A DNA stretch of 64,000 nucleotides from Glaucostegus cemiculus (GCA_976551045.1 CDPCPM010000026.1:14880001-14944000); one strand, 5' to 3'. Positions 51,131-63,566 are shown, counted from the stretch's first letter. A program made the numbers and translations. The notes: generated from the letters alone by a model not told the origin.

Positions 51131-51365
51131 GAGACACAACAGAGACTGCAGATGCTGGAAAATTCTGGAGCAACACCCACAAAATGCTGGAGGAGCTCAG
51201 CGGTTCAGGCAGCAACTATGGAGGGAAATGAACAGTCAATGTGTTGGGCCAAGTGCTTCTTCTGGCCTGACGAAGGGTTTCAGCCTGAAACATCGACTGT
51301 TCATTTCCCCCCATAGATGCTGTCTGACCCGCTGAATTCCTCCAGCATTTTGTGTGTGTTGTTTC
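51131..51365. mobile_element. Palindromic Penelope-derived element with 15-bp TSD and best-preserved hammerhead core
   Basis: Arms cacaaaatgctggaggagctcagcgg...gggaaatgaacagtc and gactgttcatttccc...ccgctgaattcctccagcattttgtg; CTGACGA-AGGGTTTCAGCCT-GAAA-CATC-GACTG at 51267-51299; flanks aatgtttgcagtgtg (51116-51130) and aatgtttgcaatgtg (51366-51380). Confidence 0.87.
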
Positions 51366-51399
51366 AATGTTTGCAATGTGCTCCCAAATCCAATCAAAC

Positions 51400-51570
51400 C
51401 TTTCAATTCTCATTGCTGTCTGTAAGGAGTTTGTACGTTCTCCCCATGTCTGAGTGGGTTTCCTCCAGGTGGTCCAGTTTCCTCCCACATTCCAAAGACG
51501 TATGGGTAGGGTAGGGGCAGCGTGGACTCATTGGGCTGGAAGGGCCTGTTACCATGCTGTATAGATAAAG
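51400..51570 (+). mobile_element. HE1-type V-SINE, 5'-truncated
   Basis: gctgtctgtaaggagtttgtacgttctcccc...gtgggtttcctcc...tttcctcccacattccaaagacgt...gggctggaagggcctgttaccatgctgta; homologous to 37741-37992. Confidence 0.85.
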
Positions 51571-51574
51571 TTTT

Positions 51575-51925
51575 ATAGAACATATAGACCACAAAACAGT
51601 ACAGCACAGGAACAGGCCCTCCGGCCCACAATGTCTGTGCCAACCATGATGCCAAATTAAACTATCCCATCTACCTGCATGTGTCCCAATGCCTTCCATT
51701 TCTGTATGTTCATGTGCCCATCTAAATGCCTCTTAAATGCCACTATTGTTTCCACTTCCACCATCATCCCTGGCAGCATGTTCCAGGTACCTACCACTTC
51801 CTGTGTAAAAAAAACATGCCTCACACATCTCCTTTGAACTTTCCCCCTCTCACCTTACAGCTATGTCCTCTATTATTTGTCTTTCTACCCTGGAACCCTT
51901 TCTACTCTATCTATGCCTCTCACTG
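51575..51925 (-). mobile_element. CR1/HER1-type LINE 3' fragment
   Basis: acagtacagcacaggaacaggccctccggcccacaatg...tggcagcatgttccaggtacctaccacttcctgtgtaaaa. Confidence 0.85.
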
Positions 51926-52227
51926 AAAACAAAAGCATATGTATTTATCTCCTTCCTTTGCTCACATTAAGACTTCCAAAGATCAAAGGTTTGCCACCCC
52001 TCTTCCTCCATGACACACAACCACATAGTAGACTGTTGAAGAGACATCCTCACTGCTAGAAAGCCACCCTGAAGATGAAAGAGCCTAAAGAGAAAAATAA
52101 GTGCTCGAAGACTTCCAACCAAATCGTCAAAAACCTGCCTTACATATCCCACAAGGATTCTATTAATACAGGACGAGTTTTGCTCCTTGAAAACAGAATG
52201 GTGTTCTTTCAAGAATTGTGATATTTC

Positions 52228-53010
52228 ATACATAGAATTTCATAAGACACAAGGCCAAGTGGCCCCATAGGTCATTGTCGGTATTTATACTCCATCTTCC
52301 TTCATCTTATTCCATCAATATACCTTCTGTTCCTACCTCACTTAGCTAGCCTCCTTAAAATATATCTAGGTTCATTGCTGTAACTTACCCATGCAATTTC
52401 CAATTGCTGTAACTTACCCAGTAGTGGTTCCTCATTCACATCACTGTGTGTATGTTTCTTCTCCATTTATTGAATTTGTTCTTCTATGCTTATAACCCTA
52501 ATATTAAACTTGTCCATAAATGGAAGCATCTTTTTCTTGTTCAATCGCAGAATGTGGGCATCCATCTTATTTCTCTTGGGACATTGAAATTAGTTTTGAA
52601 GATGTTTAGAGAAATGTGTGTATGTGCATGTTTATTAGTGATTTTAAAATCAAGGCCAGAATTTATTGCCCACCCCTAAAAACTCTTGAACTGAGCAGCT
52701 TGATAAGTCATTTCAGAAGGATAAGCCATTCACCAGGTAGGATGATAAATTTCCTTCTCTGAAGGATATCAATGAACCAGATGGGTTTTTACGACAATCT
52801 AATAGTTTTACTGATGTCTCAGTCTAAAGAAAAGATCCCTGGTCCTTTTCACTCCTTTTTTTAGTTATCCCTCCCCGTTCTGCTATCACCCTGGCAAATC
52901 TTTCAATCCTTCCACATCAATTATTTTTGCAATGTAGAGGCCAGAACTATGTGCAGTACTCCCAATATGGTCTATCCAAGGTTGCATACAAGTTTTCTAT
53001 AACTTCTCTG
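52228..53010 (-). mobile_element. Cluster of old CR1-group fragments
   Basis: catagaatttcataagacacaaggcc tail; second tail type gaatgtgggcat|caaggccagaatttattgcccaccccta; ccagaactatgtgcagtactcccaatatggtct (LEYC.QFW antisense). Confidence 0.6.
52562..52650 (+). repeat. 89-bp locally copied insertion
   Basis: 88/89 identical to 53110-53198; interrupts a repeat tail. Confidence 0.92.
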
Positions 53011-53109
53011 CATTTGCCACATTTATTGCATGAAATTGTCCACTGAGTTTTGCAGCTAGTGACAATGATAGAAATAAAAGAGGTATGATGGGTCAGCTGG
53101 GTATATGAA

Positions 53110-53198
53110 CCATCTTATTTCTCTTGGGACATTGAAATTAGTTTTGAAGATGTTTCGAGAAATGTGTGTATGTGCATGTTTATTAGTGATTTTAAAAT
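53110..53198 (+). repeat. 89-bp segment, likely donor of 52562-52650
   Basis: Single mismatch (tttaga vs tttcga). Confidence 0.92.
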
Positions 53199-53839
53199 TA
53201 AGGGTTTATTCTGAATGACTCAGGAGAGGAAAGTTGGAGCTCATCACATTCAGTCTCGGAGTTTGTTGTCAATCTTCACTTAAAACACAAGGCTGGATAG
53301 CCAGACAGACAGACATGGTAGCATGACATGGGCGTTTATTGCTGAAAATGTACAGAAGGTCTCTACACCAATTGGGCCAGTTCAATTTCCATTGTTATTG
53401 AGAACATCATCATATTCACTCTTTTGTTCAGTTGTCTTTGCCATGTAGTGTACTAATTTCTATTGACAAATAATTCCCTAACCTCTTGACCCCTCTGAAC
53501 AACATACTCTTTCTGTTGGAACATATATATTTAAAAATCCAGTATCTTTGATGTCTTGCTTTTGCAGAATAAGTAAATTGCTCCTCAAGTGTTATCACAC
53601 TTACTGTTTGTGCAAGATGTGACAATATAATCAATAAACACTATTCCCAAATGTGTATCAAATGTTTCACAGTTGAAGGGATTAGCATGTTGCAAAAGTG
53701 AGCCGCTCATTTGTCTATCCAACTGTTACTTTGTAAAAGTTATTTACTTTATTGACAGCTGACTATTTTTTAACCCATTCCTGCTGAATCAATCCTTTTT
53801 GAACCTTCCTTTAATCGTCTTCCTTGCGTTTCTAGTGCT

Positions 53840-54175
53840 CCATTTCTAAAGCTGAGTTGGGTATCATACGCATCGATCAATAGATATGATGAAGGCTTCA
53901 GTGTTCTACCTCTGACCAGCGGCTACAGTTTTTTCGATGATTCTGCAGGAGTCAAAAACTCAACAAAGCGAATCGCGGGTGCTGTAAAGGGAGCATGCTG
54001 CTCATGTCTGTGACCACTGTATGCAAAGCTTGGCATTAGTCACCGCCAGGCCGCCTCTGACAGCCCTGAAGTGAAGGAGATTAATGTGAGGCAGGGGCAC
54101 TTTATTATTGTCACTCTGTTCTTTCACACTCTGCCTCTGACTTTCAATTTTGCTCCAGAATTAATTGTCTGCTCC
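53840..54175. promoter_or_regulatory. Candidate conserved non-coding element
   Basis: 9 CpGs in 53860-54060, no recognisable repeat, candidate exon frames closed on both strands, TGACAG and TAAT motifs. Confidence 0.35.
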
Positions 54176-56739
54176 CTACAGTATGACTGATGTGGAAGGA
54201 TACAAGTACCATAGGCACCTGGCTCTGGCCTTGGTGCGCTGACTGGTGTAGAAGGATATATTGTGTGGTCAGTCTCAGGGGCAGACAAGCATCTTTCACA
54301 AGTGCTAATATTTCTTACCTTTTTAATGTGTGGATTATTATTTGCATCACTTTCTTCCATTAACACATATTCTCAGCATTTGTTTGTTACACAACAGTAA
54401 AGAGTGTTAATCTCATTAATGATAACAAAAGCCATTTGTGTTCTGACCAGCTTTTGGATACTAATCAGCCATTCCTTTCTGTGATACTCTCACATGAAGA
54501 ATTGCTGACACAATGGAATAAGCATAAAGTCCCTAAAGGAGGCAAAACTGTCGCTTTAAAATAAAGAAAGCCATACTGCAGGATTATTCAAAAAATGTCA
54601 CCTACTATCATTGCATTATTACAGTCAAACTTTCGGTTCCATTCTTTTTTCTGAAACATATGATTTGTGTAACATTGTTGAAAATATGTAAGTGAATCTG
54701 ACACCAGTCCCTGCAGTTGCTTTTCCGTGTTAAAATCAAGTGTCTACTTGTAATATCTGCATCCGTGACATCTAGCTGCAAGGATAAGTCTGTTTGAGAA
54801 GGCAGAGAAACTGGTACAGCATCCTTCAGAGCTGACATTATGTATTCAAATTTCTCTAAAGCAAAGTGTAAACAATTAAATTAATCAATCTCAGAGGCAA
54901 CATAGCTAAACAGATGTTCAATAAAACCAGCCTGCTTATAGGGAAAGGAGTCCACATTTCGCTGTCCTTCAGTAGTGACATCCCTCAGCCTGTCCTTCGC
55001 TAAGCCTCATGGGCCACTGTCAACCAATTCTGCTGTGTTGTTCCTTTATTATAAATAACAACAGGCCACCTGGACTACCTGTGGTACCTGGGAATGGAGG
55101 CTTAATGATCCTTCAGGCTACATCCTCAGCTTTCTCCTGATCCCAGATAATGGGACTGATGGGAATGGCAGAGGAGTGACGGATGGCAGTGACTGATGAC
55201 TCCAGACTAGCATGTGCTGACAAGCAGTGAATATGGGGCAGTGTTGCAGAAAGGTCAAGATAAAAGTATTTGCTTGACTTTCAAAGTTGCACAGTGTAAT
55301 ACTGTGATATTTAATCATTATAATAAGATATGTGCAAACAAATTAAAAGTATCTTTAGCAGGCAAGAAAGACTGAGGAAACTGCATCTACACTGAATGCA
55401 TAATGGACATTATTCAGACAGGTGATTCTCCTTCAGGAAAAACCTGGAAGTCCTGTGGGGGTTATGAGCTGTATTCACACCTGGGACAGTTGTACATCTT
55501 CATGCCCTCATGTTTGCCCGCTTGCAAGATGATCTCACTATGTTCTGCACGCTATTTAATCTGAAACAAATGATTGCGCAAAAAAAATGCATTATCACCT
55601 TGGTGCGGGATCAGGAGTGTAAAAAAAAGAAAGGGTCTGTAGGCAAATTCATCTTCTGCTGCTACAATCAATCTTTCACCCAAAGAAATACACAATAACT
55701 AGGCAGAAAAAGGGCAAGATTTATGGCCACACAGCATCAATACTGACCAGTGTACACCTAAGCCCACTCAGCCTCTCTCCCTACTAGGATAGCTCTTTTC
55801 TCTCAGCTACAATAACAACCTCTTGTATCTTTAGCTTTTACTCCCAATTGAGGCTTTATTTAATGTGAAAAATTGCACCATTTAAATTGGAAAGAAGAAT
55901 AATACAGTAGGAAAATGTCTTAAAGGGATACCACCATCATGAAAAGCGCTTGGCAATCTTTTTCTCGAGGCAGCATAGATGACATGAACTTTATTAAAAT
56001 TCATTGCCATATGATGGGAATGACAAACAATGTTCATTTTTTCCTGCCACCCACCACCTTCCAATCCCCCATACCAAATAAATTAAGGCTTTTCCATGAA
56101 AATTGTGCCCATATAGTGCTTAACTTTGTCATTATATCCCAAGGTTATAATATCACACTAAGTGCTAAATGTAAAGAATACTGTTTCATAACATTTTAAC
56201 CAATTTATTTGCTCATTTAAAAATAATCGATTATTGCTAAAACAGGAATTACCTGTCAATACATCCCATACCTTTATTGCAAATATCACACTTGACAAAA
56301 AGAAAGTCCCAAGTTGTGTGGAAAGTTCTTGACAGTTTTTATACTTTTTTCCAAAATTGATTCACACAGCTGCACTGTCCTCATGGCCAAACCTATCAGT
56401 TATTTCAGAGAATAATAACCATAATCCATCATTTTTAAAATGTAATCAAACGGGAGTAATCCTATAAATTGGTAAAGGAACCGGTAAGTAAAAGGGCTGC
56501 TACATGTCAATCTGGCCTCTAAATCTATTAGAGAAATAAGGTGGTTGCTATACCAGGCAGCTGACCCATCACAACACTTATTATTGGGCAGCAGTTAAGA
56601 CTCTCCACATCCATAATGCAAGGAGCAACAGGTTGGAAATTTAAATTCACTCTTACCAGTTTTTTCAGTTGAATTCTATTTAAAATGTATATTATAGTTA
56701 ATGATATTTTTAAATGCTGAATTTAGCCTGAAAGATTGC

Positions 56740-57175
56740 AAATGTTAAACCAAGGTTCTATCTGTTCCCTCAGGAGGATGTGGAAGATTCTGCCAATTAC
56801 TTCAAAGTGCATGGGAGTTTTACTTCCCTGAGTAATATTTATTCCTCAACCTAAAACAGATACCTGGTTATTATCACATTGCAGAGGCATGCATAGGAAT
56901 GCAAATTTGACCACTTTTGAAGAGAGGCAGCAAACAAAATATATTACACACATAGAGGCATTGTTATTGCGGCTAATGATTACTGAGGAAGGCCTTGCCC
57001 TGGCTATCTGGCCCCGCCATTTGCCCCTGCCTTACGATTGCCAGTGGCACCTTGCATTATGAACATGTGTGGCTGATTTTTCCCATATTACACAATCAAC
57101 AGCCTTTAAGATAAGAAGCATTTTGGGGAATCTTGGGGTCATGAAAGATGGTATGCAACTTCATTTTTCTTTCTA
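56740..57175 (+). mobile_element. Deu-domain SINE with internal insertion
   Basis: tgttaaaccaaggttctatctgttccctcaggaggatgtggaagat...aatatttattcctcaacctaaaacagatacctggttattatcacattgc...ggtcatgaaagatg. Confidence 0.65.
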
Positions 57176-57620
57176 AATGGATAATTATTTTAGTAACAAA
57201 GCACAGAATATCAATTATATCAAGCAATCCATTGGAAGTATTGCACAGTGATTTTTAGTTAAGGTATGTTACAGGATACAATTAATTGAGGCATTGTGAT
57301 GATCCAGATTGCATTGAAATCTACTGCACATGTTGAACAATGTCAGAATGGGAAAGCACAATGCAATTTCTTTGTATTGTTCCACATGCTAAAGGAACAA
57401 AAGAAAAAATATTTTTTTTAATGAAGACTTTGAGGTCAGTTTGATTGTGACCAGGCAAATGAATTACCATCATCCATGTCTAGAGGGAGGGAAGGAAGAC
57501 TTCTACTGACCCATTGGATTAGTGATGCAAATGACAACCTCAGCATAATTTAAGTACAGTATTTACTGCAGTCTGACTTAAGTTAGCCCTGGGTACAGCA
57601 GCAATCAGTCAAAGGAAAAC

Positions 57621-57690
57621 AAAGAAAAACCTGCATTTATAGGGCATCTTTCATTGACTCAGGTCATCCCAAAGAACGTCAGGCGTTTCA
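57621..57690 (-). mobile_element. Deu-domain SINE 3' end; continues at 58716-58730 and 58847-58905
   Basis: aaagaaaaacctgcatttatagggcatctttcattgactcaggtcatcccaaag | acagccaatgaagta | cttttgaaatatagccactgttg...gcagcagcccatttgtgcacag. Confidence 0.7.
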
Positions 57691-57694
57691 CCTT

Positions 57695-58715
57695 AGGACA
57701 ATTGGGAAACTGTTCAACCTTCATTGCCTACTCTCCAAGCTCAGTCATCGAGCTGCAGCATGCAAATGATGCTTGCATTTGTGCATACTTCAGCTCTAGA
57801 TCATTGATGATGTGCTCACATAAGTGTATGACAGAATAGTCCTTATGTGAAACATCCATAAAGCAAAAGTCTGATATCAACCAGCCACCCAGCAAAGATG
57901 AAACTCCACAATGAGACTCCGGAATATGTAGGCAGTTTTCCATACCTTGGAAGCGATCTCTCAGTGAAGACAGACATCAGTGGTGACTTTCTTCATCACC
58001 TTCAGTGTACCTACACAGACTTTTTCCAGCTGAGGAAATAAGTGTTTGAAGATGAAGACTTCAAACCAAGCACAAAGCTCATTTCTACCAGGCAGCAGTG
58101 ATCCCACTTTCCTGTATGTTTTTGAAACATGGACTAACCACAGCAGGCATCTAAAGCAGTAGCAAGATACCCCTGACACTGTTTCCATAAAACTTTTGGA
58201 ATTCATTGACAGGGTAAACAAAAAATGTTGGCATGCTCTCCCAAGCCAACACTGCAAGCACTGAGACTGTAATTACACTTAGTAGGCTCCAAAGGGCAGG
58301 CCACATCATCCACATGCACATCACTAATAAAGGCACTCTATTCCAAGCTCTGAGAAGGCAAAAAGATTTCCAGAACAGAGGAGATGTTTCAAAGCCTCCA
58401 TGAAAGAAAAATCTTCTGTTTCATTTCAATCACTGCATGAAAGGTCAAATTTCAATCACATAATGCTTGATGGAGAAGGAACATTTGGGAAGGCACAGAG
58501 AACTTCAATCCTCTTTTCCACAAATGAATATAGATAAATTGAGCAAAGAAATGTACCACCTGCCAAATTATCCACTCAACTGCCTCAGCAAATACAACCT
58601 GCTCTCCTGGACTAAAGACTTCAGATCCCACATTAACCTCATGGGCCACTCCAGAACCCACAGAACTGGAGAGGAAGCCAATCATCATTGACCTTGACAT
58701 GTTGACTAAAGATGG
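57695..58715 (+). mobile_element. RTE-clade LINE, 5'-truncated and decayed
   Basis: RTIGKLFNL, VIELQHANDA (ELQYADDA-like), FPYLGSDLSVKTDI, VFEDEDFKPSTKL, ETWT, RAGHII, C-terminal FRSHINLMGHSRTH. Confidence 0.87.
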
Positions 58716-58731
58716 ACAGCCAATGAAGTAA

Positions 58732-58846
58732 TGTTGGCACCAGAGGCGTGGCAACACTTGCTGGCTGCCCCCAGAACACCCTACACAAAAGATGCATTTC
58801 ACTGTGTATTTTGATGTACACGTGACTAATAAAGATATCTCTTTCT
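58732..58846 (+). mobile_element. Short SINE-like 3' fragment with AATAAA and simple tail
   Basis: gttggcaccagaggcgtggcaacacttgctggctgcccccagaacacc...gcatttcactgtgtattttgatgtacacgtgactaataaagatatctctttct, inserted cleanly within the DeuSINE. Confidence 0.6.
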
Positions 58847-61800
58847 CTTTTGAAATATAGCCACTGTTGTGGAAAATGCAGCAGCCCATTTGTGCACAGT
58901 AGGCCAAAGGATGAAATGCAAGTGAAGTCCCACTCAGCTATGTGTTGTTCAAACTGAGTATCCAAGGATGGTCACACCAAGACAACTTGATCTAACTTCT
59001 CCTGCAATGCCTTGCACAGCAATGATACCATTTGCCAAGGGTGAATCACATGAGGAAGTGCCCACTTGAACTTCCAGAATTCAGATAAACCGACCCAGGA
59101 TTGGCTGTTACTGCATTTCTCTGCATGAAAGGTCAATTTTCAATCACCAAATGCTGAAACTGGAAACAGTTTTGTGATTGAATTTTGAGGCAGAATTTCT
59201 TTAGATGGTGAATTACCAGTTTGCACTCTGCAACACTGGAAATGATAAAAGACAACCGGAGAGCAGGGACTGAAAAATCAGAAGGTCAGCAGCAGCCACA
59301 ATGAAGTTTTAGCTTTAAGTGTGTAATCAATCATTGCATAATCAATGACTTTTTCTTCTGGGACCTTTAAATTTTAAATCCCAATTCTCATGCAACCCCA
59401 ATATTAAACACCAGAAAAGTTTAATGTTCACTGTTGCTTTGAATCAAATAATGGATCTCATTAAAATGTTAAATTCCTGTGGTTTGCACTCATTTTAAGA
59501 TGCCTCAACATGCATGGATGGTTAGATAGGATGTCCACCCAACTTTTGCTAATTTCTATCTTATGTGAGTGGTGGGTGGACAGTTCAACATATCTACTGT
59601 ATAACTACTTTGTTCTATTGCTTAGATTCACATACCCAGTACGTAATTGATCTTTTTTTTCTGCCAGTTTTAGCCATGGTCCAGTAAAGCTCTTATTTGT
59701 CGCAAAGTTCACAAAGATTATGCAAATAATCAAAAATAAATAAAAGGCTGCATTCAGTCCCTTGCTACCCAAACACAGATAGGGGGAGAGTTAAAAGAAA
59801 TTTTCTATTGTTCAGAACATTTGCAATAATCTTAAAAAAAATAAGATATATCATTTCTATGATCATTCTTCTGACCTTGCTGGAGGTTACAGAACTACGA
59901 CAATGATTTTTCCCTAATAATATTGCTCAGTTAAACCAAACTGAATACTTGGGAACTTACATTTGGTTATAAAATGAAACTTAAGCTTAGTAATTATATA
60001 GAAGCTTCTTATTCATCCAACATTGCATTATGTGAGCTATTACGTTTCTTTTAATGTTAATATTCAACATTTGAATGCTCATCATCTAAAACAAAAAAAT
60101 TGTGGAGAAGGAAAGAGAAATAATAATTCAACATATAAATTAATAATCTTGTACCGTTCAAAATTCCAGTGCATTAAGTTTCACAAAATTGCACATTCCT
60201 TCTCTGCTTTTTTAATTAGGATGTTTATTAAAAAAACATTCTCTACTACACAACAGGCAAGCTTTCAGATGAGAATGATACTGCTGCACAGACACTTTAA
60301 CACCGTAGTCTGGGGAAAAGATGGCGAGAGGTTGATGTAGTGATTAGGGACATAGTTTTTCTAAAAAAAGCTTTTCAAATTATAAGCAGACTGCCTAAAG
60401 TGTAAACACCACTTCATGCAATATTAATGTTAATAAAATCTTAATAGTCATTTTCATCTTACAAACCCTTTGACAATTAAAGTTTTGAATGACAGAAAAT
60501 TAAAAAAAGAATCAGACTGTTCAGTTAAGATGAAGTATTGGATTCACTTTTGATTCAGTTGTTCAGGTAGTGTTGTAAAAGGATGGCTGTATGCTTCAGT
60601 GACAAACACCTCCTGAAATTATGCTTATTTTTATTTTCAATTTAATAACTAACAAAAATCCAAAATATGATTCAAATTTTGTTGGTCCTTGTTTGATAGA
60701 GTACAAATGTTTTACTGTGCAAGATGTTAGATTTACACTTAATCAAGAAGTGGTTTGAATTTTATGATGGTTTAAGATCTCCAAATATTTGATTAATCAT
60801 TTCAGTTGAATATTCAATTACAAAAATCAGTGGACAAAGGCCAGAGCATTATATTGTATTGTCACATCTTTCTATTGCTTTCTGTATAACCTCTGTTTGA
60901 AAACAATTTATCCACAGTACAATATATTTTCTGCATGCAGAGGTTACGATGCATAACCAATTATTCTGATTAAAGAAGCTCTGTTAACTCAAACTGCTCA
61001 CACTATGTTATTTATCAATTATTGTATTGCATTATCCTTTTAAATAATTATCATGGATGACTTTCATTTCCATGTGTAAAAAAAGATAAAATACTGGGCA
61101 TTCATATTATGGTCACATGTTCCATCCAAGTCATGGGCACATGGTAAAGTGTAACACGTCAGCAATGCATATTTGAAGTAACCTGTAAAATATTTTAAGC
61201 GCATAAAGTAATTTAACATTTAGGCTCGAAGTGTAGCTATAGTAACTATGATGTAATCTGCTTACATGGAATGGTAAAGACCTGTAGGTGAAGGACTCTC
61301 ATTCATTCTAACATATATTCCATCAGTGTACCAACTTGTTAGTATTTAGAATATTTCATTTTACTTTGCAAGATATAATTTATAAACTTGGAATAGTCAG
61401 TTCTAGTCCAGCTTGAAGAAAATAAGAATGGATCGCACGCATTTTTAATAAGCAAAGTAGCCTTGTAAATACTGCAGAAAATTAATTTATGTCAGATATT
61501 GAGCTCGCCACAGATAGAACACAGATATAAAATGTGATCCCCAGGTGGGATATTAACGATGGATGACCTTTATCTATGAGCACAAGGGCAAAATTTGTGA
61601 ATAATTTATACAAGAAATATAACAAACAACAGAAAGGTACAAACTTAGTCCATCAGACAGAGCAAAGCAGATGTAATGCAAAAAGATATCTTTGTGAAAG
61701 CTACACATCAAGGTATATTTGTTCAATGAAGATGTATAGAACATGTCATGTACCCAATACCAAGGTGTTCTGGGGGGAAGAAGAGATAGTATCTAGCAAT

Positions 61801-62751
61801 TCTGACCACTCACTCTGTCTTCTAAGCAGATTTCTCTAACTGTAGGTACAACAAAACAAACTACAAATAAGAGGGATTTAGGAACAAGGAGCAAACAAAT
61901 GTAAACCTATTAAAAGAAACATTAAAAGTGCATGAAACAGATCAAAGCTGATGTTACATTATTCAGAAAAAATGAAAATAACTCAGAAGGCCGTTTCAGA
62001 TATCTAAGCATAGTAGGAAGCTCCACTTTAAGATATGTAAATAGAATGTAGGTTACAGGCATAAGTGTAATTAATTGCAAATCTAATGTTTCTTTGTCAA
62101 GTCTTTCTGGTGTTGTGTCACAACTTAAAGAATAATTCTCTTTTATATTGTGGATTTGTTAGCAGTCTATCTAAAGATCAGTGATGTTTGATGCATTGAA
62201 ACACTTGTTTACTTTTACACAACATAATGGCATGGGCAAGGTATGTCAGGTACTAGGGGCACTGAAATTAAACAAAAAGCACAGAAAGAAGCCAATGTTT
62301 TACTTTCTCCCTACCTGACTTTATTGATTTAAACTTTACAGTAAACTATTTTAATATCGCAAATTTGCAATCTAAGATTTTGTTCCACATTGCTTTCCAC
62401 TAAGCAATTTTCTTGTTGATAACAGTGCAATTAAATATAGTATTCCTCATCAGTACACCCATTGTTGATCCACTATTGACCAACAGGAAAAGAAAAATGA
62501 GAAAGAATGACCACGTACCCTCTCTATAGCAGAGTGCCCTATCATTACCCCAACAGTAAGAAGCTATCGCACAACTGGCAGTAATGGCTGGCAATCCTGC
62601 CAGTCTATACCACCAGCCTATTATCATAGCCAAAAAATAATTTTTCAAGCATAAATTGGGAGAGATATGCCTTTTCAAACCTTTCATAATTCTAATATCC
62701 TAAAACTCTTGGAAATTGTAACTACCATTTTACAGACAGATGAAATATACC

Positions 62752-63225
62752 AGGCAGGAATAGGCCATTTGGGCCCTTAAGGCTGTTCTGTCACTTAACT
62801 AAGTAAAAATTTAAAAACTGCAGATGCTTGAAATCTGAAATATATATAAGAAAATTGCTGGTAACATTCAGCAGGCATGCAGCATCTGTAGAAAGAGAAA
62901 TATGGTTACCATTTCAGATCCAAGACCTTTTTCCAAATACTCATTAACTAGATCACAGTTGATCTATATCTGAACTTTGTTTGAATGGGTTTGATCTCTT
63001 TACTTTTAAATATTTGCCTGATAAAAAAAATAATTCAGTGTTAACTTTAAAATTGGTTCAGATTCTGCATCCTTTTAGGGAAATAGTTTCAGATTTTCTC
63101 TTTCTTCTCAACTCAAGGGAATATATCTCTCGCAGAATATATGCAGCCTTTAAGTATCTAATATAAGTATCTAGCATCTAGCCAATATATACTTCCAAAT
63201 ATGTGCTGCCCAGAACTAAATATAA
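62752..63225 (-). mobile_element. Old CR1-type 3' fragment interrupted by a Penelope-like end
   Basis: ggcaggaataggccatttgggccc...ttaacta | ttaactagatcacagttgatct...cccagaact. Confidence 0.55.
62812..62935 (-). mobile_element. Penelope-like terminal fragment
   Basis: aaaactgcagatgcttgaaatctgaaa...attcagcaggcatgcagcatctgtagaaagagaaa...tttcagatccaagaccttt. Confidence 0.65.
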
Positions 63226-63226
63226 T

Positions 63227-63566
63227 CAATATTCCAGTGATGCTGAGTGGTAGCTGAAAAGTTAGGGCTGTAAGTGGTAGATTTAGTAATTACAGACATA
63301 TTGAAAGAGCAGAATTTGGAGTTGTGATTGTGCTGTCCAATATCACAGGTGCAATCTGATCAAGGGTTTATTTTCTTTTGACCTAATAATGCTACGGCAA
63401 ACAAAATTAACCAATATTTAGTGACAAAGATCAAGCAATCGGAGTTTGGCAATGAGCAGAACAATCATAACTCCAAATTCTGCTCTTTCAGTCTGTCTGT
63501 ACTTTACTATATCTATCACTTCCACCCTCAACTTTGCAGCTACCACTCAGGACTACTAGAATATTG
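63227..63566. mobile_element. MITE-like element with ~109-bp imperfect terminal inverted repeats
   Basis: 63227-63335 is the reverse complement of 63457-63566 (e.g. ctgagtggtagctg/cagctaccactcag; tgaaagagcagaatttggagtt/aactccaaattctgctctttca); ~120-bp spacer. Confidence 0.75.

Noticed and set aside
58452-58965. 151-aa and 108-aa minus-strand ORFs
   Set aside because: Antisense read-through across three unrelated nested repeats
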